This document shows, piece after piece, positions 1-12,689 of a stretch of DNA of 64,000 nucleotides (position 1 is the first letter of the stretch; each line of letters begins with the position of its first letter). The position numbers and the translations under genes are program-made. The notes beneath the pieces were generated by a model. That model was not told where the DNA came from, did not search any database, and saw only the letters and a program-made list of their open reading frames with translations. The DNA comes from Mobula birostris (taxonomy: Eukaryota): assembly GCF_030028105.1 (NCBI RefSeq), contig NC_092375.1, positions 43,933,130 to 43,997,129 on the forward strand, in the 5' to 3' direction.

Positions 1-399
1 GTCTGTTTTTGAAAGTTTTTCTGGAAGAAAGAGGTGTACATACATAGCTTTTGGTTTTCTAGATGAAGGCCACAATAATTTAATGTGCATAGGTAGATGC
101 ATGAAAATAAAATCCACCTTGAAGAACATCAAGGAAAAATCTGCACCAAGGGGATGGGCATGGCATTCTGACCAGCTATATCTGGGACATGAAACCAAGG
201 TAACCTTCAGTCTCCCTCACAGTTCAATATTTAGGAGCTGCTAACAATGAAGATAATAATTGTGCAGTCATGGTAAATGGAGTAGGTTAAAATGAATATT
301 AAATCCTTAGACTCAGGGATTCATACAACATGGAAACAGGACACTTGACTCTGCTACAGTTGGCCCAACTCGCCCCCAAGGCTACAGGACACAGATAAA

Positions 400-3300
400 C
401 TGCCAAGAGAGGAAAGGGAAAACATTAGAAAGTGGGGAGTACCCCTGTGGCCATCTCCCTCAACAATAAGTACTGTTGGGGGGGGGGCAACAACATAGCT
501 GGGTGAAGCAACACCAGCCGTGCCTCTGGTACTGATTTTGGCCTGTGGCTCAGAAGGCTAGGGAACTAAAGAGGATGGCAGCAGTAATAGGGGACTCTAT
601 ACAGGGGGACAGATACGTGACTCTGTAGCCGCAAAAAAGAAACATGGATGGTAGTTTGCCTCCCAGGTACTAGGGTCTGTGATCTTTCTAAACGCATCCA
701 CAATATCCTGAAAAGGGAGCATGAGCAGCCAGAAGCCGTGGTACATATTGATAGAAAAAGGGAGGAGGTCCTGAAAAGAGAATACAAGGCGTTACGAAGG
801 AAGTAGAGAAGTAGGACCTCAAAGGTAGGTATCTTGGGATTGCTGCCTGTGCCACATGACTGTGAGGATAGGAAACAAATGAGGTGGCAGATAAATGTGT
901 GGCTGAAGAATTGGAGCAGAGGGCAAGGATTCAGATTTCTGGATCATCGAGACCTCTTTTGGGGTAGGAGTGGCCTGTACAAAAGGAACGGGTTGCACTT
1001 GAATCTGAGGAGGACCAATATACTTGCAGCCAGATATGCTAAAGCTGTTGGGAGTGGTTTAAACTAATATGGCAGGGCGATGGGAACCAGTATGATAGAA
1101 CTGAGGATGAGCCTGCGAGTACATGATGGGTGTAATATGAATGTAAGGAAGGACAAACCAATGATGTGTACAACTCCAGACAGTGCAAAGAGTTAAATTG
1201 TACCACAGAGGCAAAATTCAAAAGGGAGAAGAATGCAGGACTGAAGGTGCTGTATTTAAATGTGCGTAGCATTCAGAATAAGATAGACAAACTCGTGGTG
1301 CAATTAGAGATTGGGCATTATGACATTGTAGGCATCACTGAGTCATGGTTGAAAGATGGTGATAGTTGGGAGCTTAATATCAAAGGATATACTTTGTATC
1401 AAAAGGACAGGCAGATAGGCTTAAGCGGTGGTTTGACCCTATTGGCAAGAGATGTAATTACTTCTTCAGGAAGAGGTGACATTGGGTCGGAGAATGTCAA
1501 ACCTTTGTGGAGTTAAGAAACTGCAAGGGTGAAAAAAACATTATGGAAATCATATAGAGGCCTCCAAATAGTAGCCAAGATGTGGGGTTGAGATTGCAAA
1601 GGGAGCTGAAAAAGGAATGTAATAAGGATTATGACACAATTGCAAAGGGGGACTTCAGTTTGCAAAGGGAGATTTCAGTATGCAAAAGGATTGGGAAAAT
1701 CAGGTTGGTGTCAGATCGCAAGAGAGGCGGTTTGTTGAATGCTTATGAGAAGGCTTTCTAGAGCAGCTTGCGCTTGAGCCTACATGGGGAAAGGCTATTT
1801 TAGATTGGGTGTTGTGCAATAACACAGAATCTTATTAGGGAGCTTAAGGTTAGAAAAACACCTTTAGGAGGCAGGGATTATAATATGATTGAATTCATAC
1901 TGCAGTTTGAGAGGGAAAGGCATATGTCAGATGTATCAGTATCACAATGGAATAAAGGGAATTACAGAGGCATGAGTGAGGAGCTTGCCCAGTTGTGCTG
2001 GAGAGGGATACTGGCAGGGATGATGGCAGAGCAGAGGTGGCTGAAGTTTCTCGGAATAGTTGTCAAGGCACAGGATAGATACGTCCCACAGAAGAAGTTC
2101 TCAAATGGCAGGGGTGGGCAACTGTGGCTGACAAGAGAAGTTAAGGCATGTATAAAAGTCAAGGAAAGGGCATATAATGCAGCAAAAGTGAGTGGGAAGT
2201 TGGATGATTGGGACGTTTTTAAAATCCAACAAACGGCAACTAAAAAAGCTATAAGAAGGGAAAAGGTGAAATATGAGGGCAAACTAGCCAATAGCATGGC
2301 GGGATACTAAAAGTTTTTTCAATTATATAAAAAGTAAAAGGAGGGTGAGAGTTGATATTCGAACATAGAAACATAGAAATCTACAGCACATTACAGGCCC
2401 TTCAGCCCACAATGTTTTGCCAACCATGTAACCTACTCTCAAGTTCCTATGGTTGTCATAGCCCGGGGGTGGTAGTGGGGATAAGCTCCCACTATCTATA
2501 AAATGCTCTAAATGGCGTGCGACTCTAACAGCCTCTGACAACCTAGTCCAGCTCTTGGTCTTCACCTGTGCCTTAGCTACTAGGCCTAGCAGAACTGTTT
2601 CTACTGACAAGAGAAGGGGCAAAGGCAGACCCACTTTGGAGTCCATTAGTAAGGATGAAGTTTCAGGGAACTTGGAGATTGATGATAAAATAAGTCAAAG
2701 TCAGCATGATTTCTGTAAAAGGAAATCTTGCCTGGAAAATCTGATAGAGTCCTTCGAGGAAGTAACAAGCAGGGTGGACAAAGGAGAGGCAGTGGATGTC
2801 ATTTACTTGGATTTCCAGAAGGCATTTGATAAGGTGCCTCACACTGAGACTGCTTATAGATAAAATCCCATGGCATTACAGGACAGATACTGCCATAGAT
2901 AGAGGAATGGCTGACAGGCAGGAAACAGAAGATTAATTTACAGGTTGAGTCTGTGGTAAAGAAGGCAAATGCAATGTTGGCATTTATTTCAAGGGGAATA
3001 GTATATAAAAACCAGGAGATAATGTTGAGCCTTTATAAGACACTAGTCAGGCTGCACCTGGAGTATGGTCAACAGTTTTGGGCCCCTTATCTCAGAATGG
3101 AAGTGTTGTCTTTGAAAAGAGTGCAGAGGAGGTTCACGAGGATGATAGCCAGGACAAAGGGGTTAGTATATGAGGAGTGTTTGGCATTTTTAGGTCTGTA
3201 TTCACTGGAATTTAGAAGAATGCAGGGTGGATCTCATTGAAACCTACTGAGTGTTGAAAGGACTAGATAAGGTGGATGTGGAGAGGATGTTTCCTATGGT

Positions 3301-3610
3301 GGAGTATCCAGAACTAGAGGGCATAGCCTCAAAATTGAGGGGCAACCCTTTAAAACAAAGGAAATGAGAAGTTTTTTAGCCAGAGAGTGGTGAATCTGTG
3401 GAATGCTCTGCCACAGGCAGCTGTGGAGGCCAAGACCATGGGAATATTTAAAGTGAAAATTGATAGTTTCCTGATTGGTCAGGCATTAAATGTTATAGCG
3501 AGAAGGCAGGTGCATGGTGTTGAGTGGGATCCAGGATCAGCTATGATGGAATGGTGGAGCAGACTCGATGGGCTGAATGGCCTAATTCTGCTCCTATGTC
3601 TTATGGTCTT
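400..3610 (+). mobile_element. CR1 LINE, near full-length and degenerate (3' part of ORF1 esterase, ORF2 APE endonuclease-RT, 3' tail)
   Basis: ORF1 SGNH/esterase-like GDS..RGTD and FRFLDH..LFWGRSGLYKRNGLHLN motifs at 590-1060. Endonuclease starts LKVLYLNVRSIQNK at 1245. RT fragments DVIYLDFQKAFDKVPH and LGLYSLEFRR. CR1 tail cctaattctgctcctatgtcttatggtctt ends near 3610. Multiple frameshifts and small nested insertions at 2360-2580. Confidence 0.9.
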
Positions 3611-3619
3611 AGCTCATCC

Positions 3620-3900
3620 ATGCCATCCAGTGGGCATTCGTCTGTATTATGCCCTTTCCCAACACTTGGTCTATTGCCCTCCCTGCCTAAGCGATTCAGG
3701 TGCTCATCTATTGCTGTTCCTTTTCGCACTTTGTGGCACATCAGACAGCATTTTTTACTGTTTTCTTAGCATTTGACTGTTTTTATGGGGTCAATTTGCT
3801 AGCTCAACACACAGATGTAAAGCATGATAGCAGATGGCCAGATTCAAACCCGGGACCAATCGCCTCGAAGTCTGATGCTGATGCCACTATACCACTGGCT
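3620..3900 (-). mobile_element. tRNA-derived SINE
   Basis: Minus-strand head has Pol III A box TGGTATAGTGG and B-box-like GTTTGAATC at 3836-3900, followed by a non-tRNA body. Confidence 0.65.
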
Positions 3901-3944
3901 AGTTTAGGTGCTTATCTATACACTTCGTAAATACCTTCAGTTAA

Positions 3945-4800
3945 CCAGCTGCTACTAAACTCTCAGAAGTGTGTTCCAAGAGAAGAAGGTCCCCCTCAGA
4001 TCCCCCTGAAATCTCTCCCACTTAACCTATACCTGTGTCATCTAATTTTAACTGCCTCTGATTTGGAAGACAGCTCCTACTGTCTATCCTATCTATACTA
4101 ATAATTTCTTATACCTTACCATGTCCCCTCTTAATGTCCTCCACTCTTCAGAGAACAGATAAGACTTCAACAGTCTCCTCAGGAGTGAACCATTTCATCC
4201 CAGGCAAATCTCCTCTCTATCCCAGCTCTATCATATCCTTCCTGTATATTGGGGTTCAGGCTGCACACAGTACTTCAGCTGAGGTATGACCTATATTTTA
4301 TAAATTAGTAGCATAACCTCTCTACCTCTGCATTTCCTTCCCCAGCTAATTAAAGCCACAATCGAACGTGCCTTTCTAACTAATTATCTTCCTGTGCAAT
4401 CGCCTTCAAGGACCTTTGAATGTCCTCCAAAATCCATCTGGCTGTCAGAACTCCCTGGAATCCTACCATGCATGGTCATTTGGCTCCCAAACTGCACCAC
4501 CTCATGTTTGTCTGGATAAAACTCCATATGCCATGTTTCATCGGCACAGTCTCACACTGCAGCCTAAAACAATCTTCCACACTATCAACTTCATGCCAGC
4601 TGTGAACTTACTCATCAAACGTCCCACACCCATACATATTTATAATGTATTGTTTATCTTACAAATATATATGAAGGTTGAAATATATATCTTACAGATA
4701 TATTATAAAAGCAGCAAGGTTCCCAGTACCAGCCTTTGTGGGACACCACTTGTCAAAGTCATTCAATTGTAGAAACCTTCAATCTGGCATTAACTTAATA
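3945..4800 (-). mobile_element. Old degenerate CR1 3' fragment
   Basis: Reverse complement of CR1 RT C-terminal and 3' UTR-like sequence, heavily mutated. Confidence 0.6.
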
Positions 4801-5339
4801 TCTAGGCAGTTAAAATATATTCCACTCAACAGACTCCATGTATTCCCCACTTTGCCTTCTTGGTGCCTCCCATCTAATGGCACCGGTAAATTAATTTAAA
4901 TAAGCTGGCAATACTTTACTGAACTTTCAGTACATCAGAGATCATGTGCATACGGTATGGGGTGGGGGTGGGAGTTGTTTGATTTCAAAGTATATACTTA
5001 CTCTGTTTACTGAATCTTTCTTCCATTTTCTCTTTGTTTGATTATCAACATTTTTGTCATGGGCTGATAAATCTATAAAAATACCATGAATATCATAAGC
5101 ATCTCAGGTTAGTGGGACATATATTTTCACATAGAAGCAACAGTCTTTTTTTACTGTTTTGCATTTTTAAATCTTTTTATTAATTATTATTGAAAATCAA
5201 CAAAAAAAAAGAAACAGTCTTGATACTGTAAGTAACAATTGGATACTAATCAGTATCAGCATTTCAATTTTTAATTCTTCAAATAATAATTGGCAAGTCA
5301 GCTTTTTTAAACTACATTCCTAAACTGTGGGACTGAATA

Positions 5340-5528
5340 CCTAAAACTGTAAGGGATGCAGACTCAGTTGACAATTTTAAACACCAGTTCAAAACCTACT
5401 TACTTAAGCTTGTTTTTAACTAACATCTATTTGTCTTTTATTTTCATGTTTGAACTTTATCTAATTGTAAGGCACTTTGAACTACATCGTTTGTATGAAG
5501 AGTATTCTATAAATAAATTATTATTAAT
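5340..5528 (+). mobile_element. L2-type LINE 3' end
   Basis: aaaacctacttacttaag...attgtaaggcactttgaact...tataaataaattattatt resembles vertebrate L2 3' termini. Confidence 0.5.
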
Positions 5529-5805
5529 AATTATACTTGAAAGCTATGTTGGCTTAATTGGATGCAGAACTATTTATATTTAGCTGCACTCATTTTCTGA
5601 TATGCTTATTTTGAAAGGAGCAAAAAACAAGCAGCTCATAGGATGGGGGAAGAGGCAAAACGAGCCTATTGTTGGATTTGGAGTAGGCGAGAGGAGGCTA
5701 CGGTTACCTTATAAGGTATCTGGAGAATGCACCCTAACAGGTGTATGTAACAAATGCAATTTTTTAGATGAACTATTGTAATTTTGTAGGCTACGTTATT
5801 ATCCT

Positions 5806-6049
5806 TGTTGTGCATTTAATATATCAGTAATATTTGAGTAATATTGTAAATATATTGTTTGATTAAGCATTTTTTGTTCATATAAATAATTCATTATATG
5901 TAAAAGTACGTGAATGCCATACGTCATTACGCCACCACACCATAAATACGCACCTCACTGAAAATAAATACAAAGAGTACACATTTGTCCTGGTCTCCCC
6001 GCGTTTTTCTTTAGATTAGTTTTATGTTTTGGAGTTACGAAACATAACA
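5806..6049 (+). mobile_element. ~240 bp solo-LTR-like repeat (second copy inverted at 47916-48150)
   Basis: TGT...ACA termini, internal AATAAA, and clear similarity to the reverse complement of 47916-48150. Confidence 0.55.
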
Positions 6050-7329
6050 ATATTCTCTCTAGAAAATGTCATTTGAGTAGAATTTAAAACAGATTTTCAC
6101 TTTTCTAATTACTTTTGCTTGAGAACTAAATGGGATGTTCACATTGATATACTCAGTTCAGTTACCAAGTAAAAATAAACAATGTATCTGATTACCTTTT
6201 CCATTCTTGTGTTTACAACATCGATTATTAATGATCCAGAGGCATAATGGTACAATGAGGGTAAGAGTCAGCAGAGCAAAATAATACTTGGGGAATCCTT
6301 CAAAATTACAATTGAAACGTAAATTAAAACAATGTCACAATGAAAAGCAAATAGATCTCTAACTGATGCATGTTACTTTACATAAAATATTTTAAATAGA
6401 CTCATACATATAACATAAATTGTACATTAAGACAGAACTATATTTAAATCTACCATTTCTCAGAGGTTGTCCTCATGAAATATGCCAATAGATAACCTTC
6501 TTCGGATCTTCACACAGAATATCAACAATACTTCTGCTTATGTAAAATCTAATTCTATTTCTACAAAAATCCTTAAATGCACAAAATAGCCTTTCAGTGG
6601 ACAAAACCCACACTGTCATGGAAGATGATATACAGAGTAATGATCTAATTATTCATGCCAAGGAACTGTCATACTTCATTGATTACCAATACAGTGAATT
6701 GCCACGATATAGTATTTTGTAAATTACCACAGCATAATCCGCTATGAAAGAGGAGCTGTCCAAAGTTGATTGGAAAGGAACACTAACTGGGATGACAGCA
6801 GAACAGCAAAGGCTGGAGTCTCTGTGGGCAATTCGGAAGGTGCAGGTTAGAAACATCGCAAAGATGGAGAGGTATTCAAAATGGAGGACAAGGCAAGCGT
6901 GGGTGACTGGTGAAGCTAAAGGCAGCATGAAAGCCAAAGAGAGGTCATATCATATAGCAAAAAATAGTGAGAAGTTAGAGGAAGTTAGGAACTTTTTAAA
7001 AACTAACAGAAGACAAAGTTAAAAACACAAGGAGTGAAAGATGAAATATGGAGATAAGGTAGACAAAAATATCAAAGACACCAAAAGTTTTTTTTCAGAT
7101 ATAAAGAGTAAAAGAGAGGTGAGAGTGGATATTGGAATGCGGGAGGTGACACTGGAGATGTAGTAACGGGAGCAAACTTAATACATATTTTGCATCAGTC
7201 TTCGTTATATCAGAAATTCGAGTGTGTTGGGGGCAGAAGTGAGTGCAGTTACTATTACTAAGGAGAAGGTGCTTGGGAAGCTGAAAGGTCTAGAACTAGG
7301 TAAGTCACCTGGACCAGATGAACTATAAC

Positions 7330-7505
7330 ACAAAATAATCTGCAGATGCTGGGGTCAAAGCAACGCTTTCAGTACGCTGGATGAACTCAGCAGGTCGGGC
7401 AGCATCAGTCAGAAATGATGAGTCGACGTTTCGGGCCGGAATCCTTCGTCAGGACTGAAGAATGAAAGATGGGGAAGGATTTGAAGAATGCTTGTAGCTT
7501 CAGTT
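7330..7505. mobile_element. Penelope-derived short repeat inserted in CR1
   Basis: ctgcagatgctgg...ctcagcagg..ggcagcatc signature shared with the copies at 39263, 40820 and 58070. Confidence 0.6.
7421..7457 (-). ncRNA. Minimal type-I hammerhead ribozyme motif
   Basis: Minus strand reads CAGUC CUGACGA AGGAUUCCGGCCC GAAAC GUC GACUC. Core intact, helix I AGUC/GACU, ACGU palindrome in place of helix III, weak helix II. Confidence 0.55.
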
Positions 7506-8504
7506 GAAAGGTCCCTCTGCAACCCATGATAGCGTTCGTCACTGTCCACAACTCCCCAAATCTTGGCGTCATCCACAAATTTGCTGATCCAGTTAACTAC
7601 ATTATCATCCAGATCATTGATATAGGTGACAAAGAACAATAGGCCCAGCACCGATCCCTGTGGCACACCACTAAGCACAGGCCTCCAGTCAGAGAGGCAA
7701 CCATCTACTACCACTCCCTGGCCTCTTAAAGCTAATGTCTAATCCAATTTACTACCTTATCTTGAATGCTGAGTGACTGAACCTTCTTTTCCAACCTCCT
7801 ATGCGGGGACCTAGTCAAATGCCTTGCTGAAGTCCATGTCAACAACATCCACTGCCTTGCCTTCATCCACTTTCCTGGTAACTTCCTCAAAAAGCTCTGT
7901 AAGACTGGTTAGACATAACCTATCACACACAAAGCCTTGCTGACTATCCTTAATCAGTCCATGTCTATCCAAATACTCATATATCTGGCCACTTAGAATA
8001 CCTTCCAATAACCTTCCCACAACTAATCTCAGACTCAGCAGCCCGTAATTTCCTGGTTTATGTATGGGGATGTTTGATGGCTCTGGGCTTGTATTCACTG
8101 GAGTTTAGAAGAATGAGCGAGGATCTTATTGAAACCTATCAAATACTGAAAAGCCTACTCAGAGCGGATGTGGAGAGGATGTTTCTTATAGTGGGTGAGT
8201 CTTGGACCAGAGGGCACAGCCTCCAAATAGAGGGACGTCCATTTAGAAAAGTGATGAGGAGGAATTTCTTGAGACAGAGGGTAGTGAATCTGTGGAATTC
8301 ATTGCCACAGGAGGCTGTGGAGGCCAAGACATTGAGTATATTTAAAGCAGAGGTAGATAGGTTCTTGATTAGTTAGTGTGTCAAAGGTTACAGGGAGAAG
8401 GCAAGAGAATGGAGTTGAGAGGAATAATCAATCAGCCATGATGAAATGGTGGAGCAAACTGGAAGAGCCAAGTTGCCTAATTCTGCTCGTATGCCTTATA
8501 AATG

Positions 8505-9180
8505 ATAAATTACCACAGTACGGTGTCTTATAAATTACCACAGTACGGTGTCTTATAAGTTACCCCAGTACAAATTATAAATTACCACAGTACAGTGTAT
8601 TATAAATTATAAATTACCACAGTACGGTGTCTTATAAATTACCACAGTACGGTGTCTTATAAATTACCACAGTATGGTATATTATAAATTACCACAGTAC
8701 GGTGTATTATAAATTATAAATTACCACAGTGCGGTGTCTTATAAATTACCACAATACAGTGTATTATAAATTATAAATTACCACAGTGCGGTGTATTATA
8801 AATTACCACAATACAGTGTATTATAAATTATAAATTACCACAGTACGGTGACTTGTAAATTACCACATTACAGTGTATTATAAATTATAAATTACCACAG
8901 TATGGTGTCTTATAAATTACCACAGTACGGTGTATTATAAAATTTAAATTACCACAGTGCGGTGTCTTACAAATTACCACAATACGGTGTATTATAAATT
9001 ATAAATTACCACAGCACAGTATTATAAATTACCACAGTACAGTGTATTATAAATTATAAATTACCACAGTACGGTGTCTTGTAAATTACCACAGTACAGT
9101 GTATTATAAATTATAAATTACCACAGTAGTGTATTATAAATTATAAATTACCACAGTATGGTGTATTATAAGTTACCACA
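8505..9180. repeat. Minisatellite, 25-bp unit TTATAAATTACCACAGTACGGTGT(C/A) with an optional extra TTATAAA; about 25 copies, plus 2 more at 9495-9532
   Basis: Direct inspection: unit spacing is mostly 25 or 32 bp. Confidence 0.95.
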
Positions 9181-9493
9181 TTTTTTTGTAGGCATCCGTT
9201 AGTCTCATGAGACCATGGATTTGCGCCTTGGAAGGTTTCCAGGGCACAGGCCTGGTGGCATGTTTGTATGGAAGGTCAGCAGTTGCCCATGCTGCAAGTC
9301 TCCCCTCTCCATGCCACGGATGTTGTCCAAGGGAAGGGCACTAGGACCTATACAGCTTGGCACCGGTGTCATCGCAGAGCAATGTGTGGTTAAGTGCCTT
9401 GCTCAAGGACACGTACGCTGCCTCAGCCAAGGCTCGAACTAGCAACCTTCAAATCACTAGACGAACGCCTTAACCACTTGGCCACACGTCAAC
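9181..9493 (-). mobile_element. tRNA-derived SINE with poly(A) tail, inserted into the minisatellite
   Basis: Minus-strand head has A box TGGCCAAGTGG and B box AGTTCGAGCC. T-run at 9180-9187 is the A tail. Minisatellite units occur on both sides. Confidence 0.8.
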
Positions 9494-11449
9494 AAATTAC
9501 CACAGTACGGTGTATTATAAATTACCACAGTATGTATGTTATAAATCATCAAGCTGTTAATGAAAAATAAACAATACACAAACATTTGGAAACGAGGATA
9601 AGGCTGATGTATGCCTGCTTCCTAATTCACAAACTGGATGTGGCAACTGACCAGCTTTTGCGTACATCAGCCTGTTGATTCTGTATTCAATGATATTAAT
9701 GGAAGCTGGTGCCATGATCAGATAATAACGTACAGAACTGTTGGAGCACACTTGAAAGCATGAAATATGTATCCTTTACTGAGCTCTCTATCCCCATGCC
9801 TACTGCATTTCTTGAAGTAACCAGCATAACTTCAACTTCCTCTACAAACAACAGTGGTTAATTGCAGAATGTTTATGTGTTCTTTCTCTGTCTTCTCCTT
9901 TCCTCCGTGTGTTAATCTATATGCAGGTTTAAGGCAGAGGTTTGCCAACCAAGGGCAGGATCTGCTTCTGCTATTTTTGATTTGGATCAAGGCACAAATG
10001 ACAATTATTTGTTTTTCAGGCTGATGGGTAATATTTCAATCTGACAGTTTGTAGAGGTTAAAATGAGATGTTTTCTTGACTCACATTGGAGATTGCCACT
10101 ATAATCAATCAAACCATTTATAAATTGCTACTGGAACCTATCATAACCAAAGGAGTTAAAAATTTAATCTATTTGATGTTACTTTTGTTCATATTTCTCA
10201 TTTACAAGAATGGGATGGACAACTGAAAATGAGCTGAAGGTTTCTAAATCACATTTGTAGGGGCACTTACTTAATATTTCCTTTCAAAGTCATACTAGAG
10301 AATAAATTATATATTAAAGTACCACTTCTACTTATTCTCATATTCTTCAAATTAACTACCTGGAGTAAATCTAACTCTTGTTTTGTATGAAACGTTCATA
10401 TCTTAAAGAGTGGTTGTAGCTTTTGGAGACAATGCAGCTGTTTCCTGGAAGTACTGCATCAGGTATCTTTACTTAGGGACACTGATGTCTTCATTTATGG
10501 ATTGTCTCACCATGAAAGATATGGAAGGATTTGTAAAGATGATGCATTTCATTCAATGGTTGTAGTTGCTTTAAAATAAAGGTGTTTTATAAAATGTAAT
10601 TCCTTGAAGTAAATCTTGTGCCTTTAACACACAGTTGTATCTTTGATCATTTCTAAATCATCAGCTATTGTACATTCCAGTTATATGTCCTGATGTTTAT
10701 GGCAAAAGTGGAATGGCCAGACCAGTTTTTGGCTTCTTATGTGCAGAAACTGATAATTAGAGTTATTATTAATTTCTTAGTTTTCCTGGGCAGAGTGAGC
10801 TTTTCTGAAATTGTCCAACTGTGTTTAATTTTCTAGCTTTGGAGAGATGCTAATTGAATGATAGACACCAAATCTGAAAATTAATATTAGATTTACTATT
10901 TGTATGACTGTTGTCAAGGGAAAATCCAATAATCCAGAACTGCAATCTGAAGTCTTGAGTTACAATGTCACTTCTATTCTGATTTGGATCCACAAACCTG
11001 CTTTGCAGCCACTAAACAGAGTTACTAAGGCCATGTCTTACAGTCTTACCTAAGGTATAGGTCCTTTCACCATCATTGACTATCTTCACATTATTATTTC
11101 AATATAGCACAGGATTTTAGGGCAAAGTTTCCTATAGTCTCCGTAGATTAGCCCCAACCATCTTATATTAATACGTATGTACAAATTCAAATCTAGGGCA
11201 GAGATATCATTCATGCCTGTTCCTTTATTTAGTAAGATCGTGGCTTTTTTGATTATAACCTCAACTCCACATTTTCGTCTCCTTAATAACATCTAACCCC
11301 TTTACTTATCAATCCATGTAGCTCAACCTTAAAAAAAAATTCAAAGCTTCTGTCTTCACTACCCTTTGAGGAAGAGAGGTTCAAAGACTCAAGACATTCT
11401 GAAAGAAAAAAGCAGTAAGACAATTCAGAACTGTTTTGTCACTGTAGTT

Positions 11450-12160
11450 TCAAGCATTCTGGCTTGGAGATTGACGAAACGGCCGGGAGTGAAACATGAA
11501 ATGATTTCACTACTTCAACAAATTAGGAACTATGAAGAATTTGAGGGTATCAACAATCATCTTGAATGTTAACTTTGCTCCCCACCAGAATCACATCTCC
11601 CCTGTGGCTCGAAGTAGCTGTTTGCATGCGTCAGCAGCCATGCCTTGATACACTGCTTCGACAGGCAGGCTAAAGCAGGTGAGGGTAGCCAGGGAAGGGT
11701 TTCATACCACAGTGAGATAGGGACATGCCTGCTCTAGCATACAAAGTCATGTCAGGCGGACTGGGTGAATGAAATCTAAAGTGAGATCCAACAGCCAGGA
11801 AGGCAGTTCTGCAACAGTCCATGAAGAGCAAAGGATATGATGAGGCAGGGAAGAAGCCAAGGAGACCCCGGTTGTGCTGTCTGCCCGTATCACTGGATCT
11901 GGACTTCCGAGGAGACAGTGGGACTGCCCTTGGGCAGTGGATTTTCCACTTTAGAAACTTCCCCGCACATCGCTAGATAAGACAGCAACCACCAGTAGTT
12001 TTGGTAGCATTCCAATTTGTTATGTATTTCATTTAAATGCACACTTTGTTACTCAGTTAAATGGTAGTTTGTTCTTTTTATATAATATTTTAACTATTTC
12101 CATTAAAGGTTGGCTAATTGGGCCAGGCACTAAAATATACTGGATGGGCCCAATTAACTG
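11450..12160 (+). mobile_element. Tigger/pogo-like DNA transposon fragments (interrupted)
   Basis: 11480-11570 encodes GVKHEMISLLQQIRNYEEFEG..HLEC, matching the internal part of 37400-38172. TIR-like gggcccaattaactg lies just before the gap. Confidence 0.55.
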
Positions 12161-12316
12161 NNNNNNNNNNNNNNNNNNNNNNNNNNNNNNNNNNNNNNNN
12201 NNNNNNNNNNNNNNNNNNNNNNNNNNNNNNNNNNNNNNNNNNNNNNNNNNNNNNNNNNNNNNNNNNNNNNNNNNNNNNNNNNNNNNNNNNNNNNNNNNNN
12301 NNNNNNNNNNNNNNNN
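12161..12316. other. Assembly gap (156 N)
   Basis: Run of N. Confidence 1.
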
Positions 12317-12689
12317 TATTACACAAGAGGGAAAAAACAGAAAATACTGGAAAGACTCGTTAGATCAGACAGCATCTGTGGAAAGAGAAGCAAGGTTAAT
12401 GTTTCAAATTAAGGACCTCGTAAGAACACAGTGCAAAGCAGGCAGATAGAAATGCCGGTGGAGAGAGCAACAGAAATAATTTCAGGCGGACATTCCTGGT
12501 GGGGAAGTGGTAATGATTTCAGCAATGAATGAGAATCAGACCTTTGCTGATGCTGCAAATCTGAATAACAACAGAAAATGCTGGAATCACTCATCAGTTC
12601 AAGCAGCAGCTGTAGAAAGAACCAGAGTGTCAATATTTCAGGTTAAAGATCCTACCACATCTTTGTTATTTTTAATTTAGTACTTCCTA

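Larger units (their letters stand above)
6740..8500 (+). mobile_element. Rearranged CR1: plus fragment 6740-7330, inverted RT segment 7505-8062, plus 3' end 8074-8500
   Basis: Consecutive pieces of CR1 ORF2: EN-RT linker to KSPGPD, then minus-strand [28 protein letters not shown], then plus-strand LGLYSLEFRR to the CR1 tail. Confidence 0.8.

Noticed and set aside
3836-3900. tRNA gene (also 9420-9490)
   Set aside because: A and B boxes are present but there is no clear cloverleaf. Both continue into SINE bodies, and the 9.2-9.5 kb copy has an A tail.
9540-11100. Possible exons in AT-rich unique sequence (e.g. a ~62-codon frame at 10390-10580)
   Set aside because: No recognisable protein motif and no consistent chain of splice sites.
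12069-12449. ORFs spanning 12.1-12.4 kb
   Set aside because: Artefacts of translating through the N gap.
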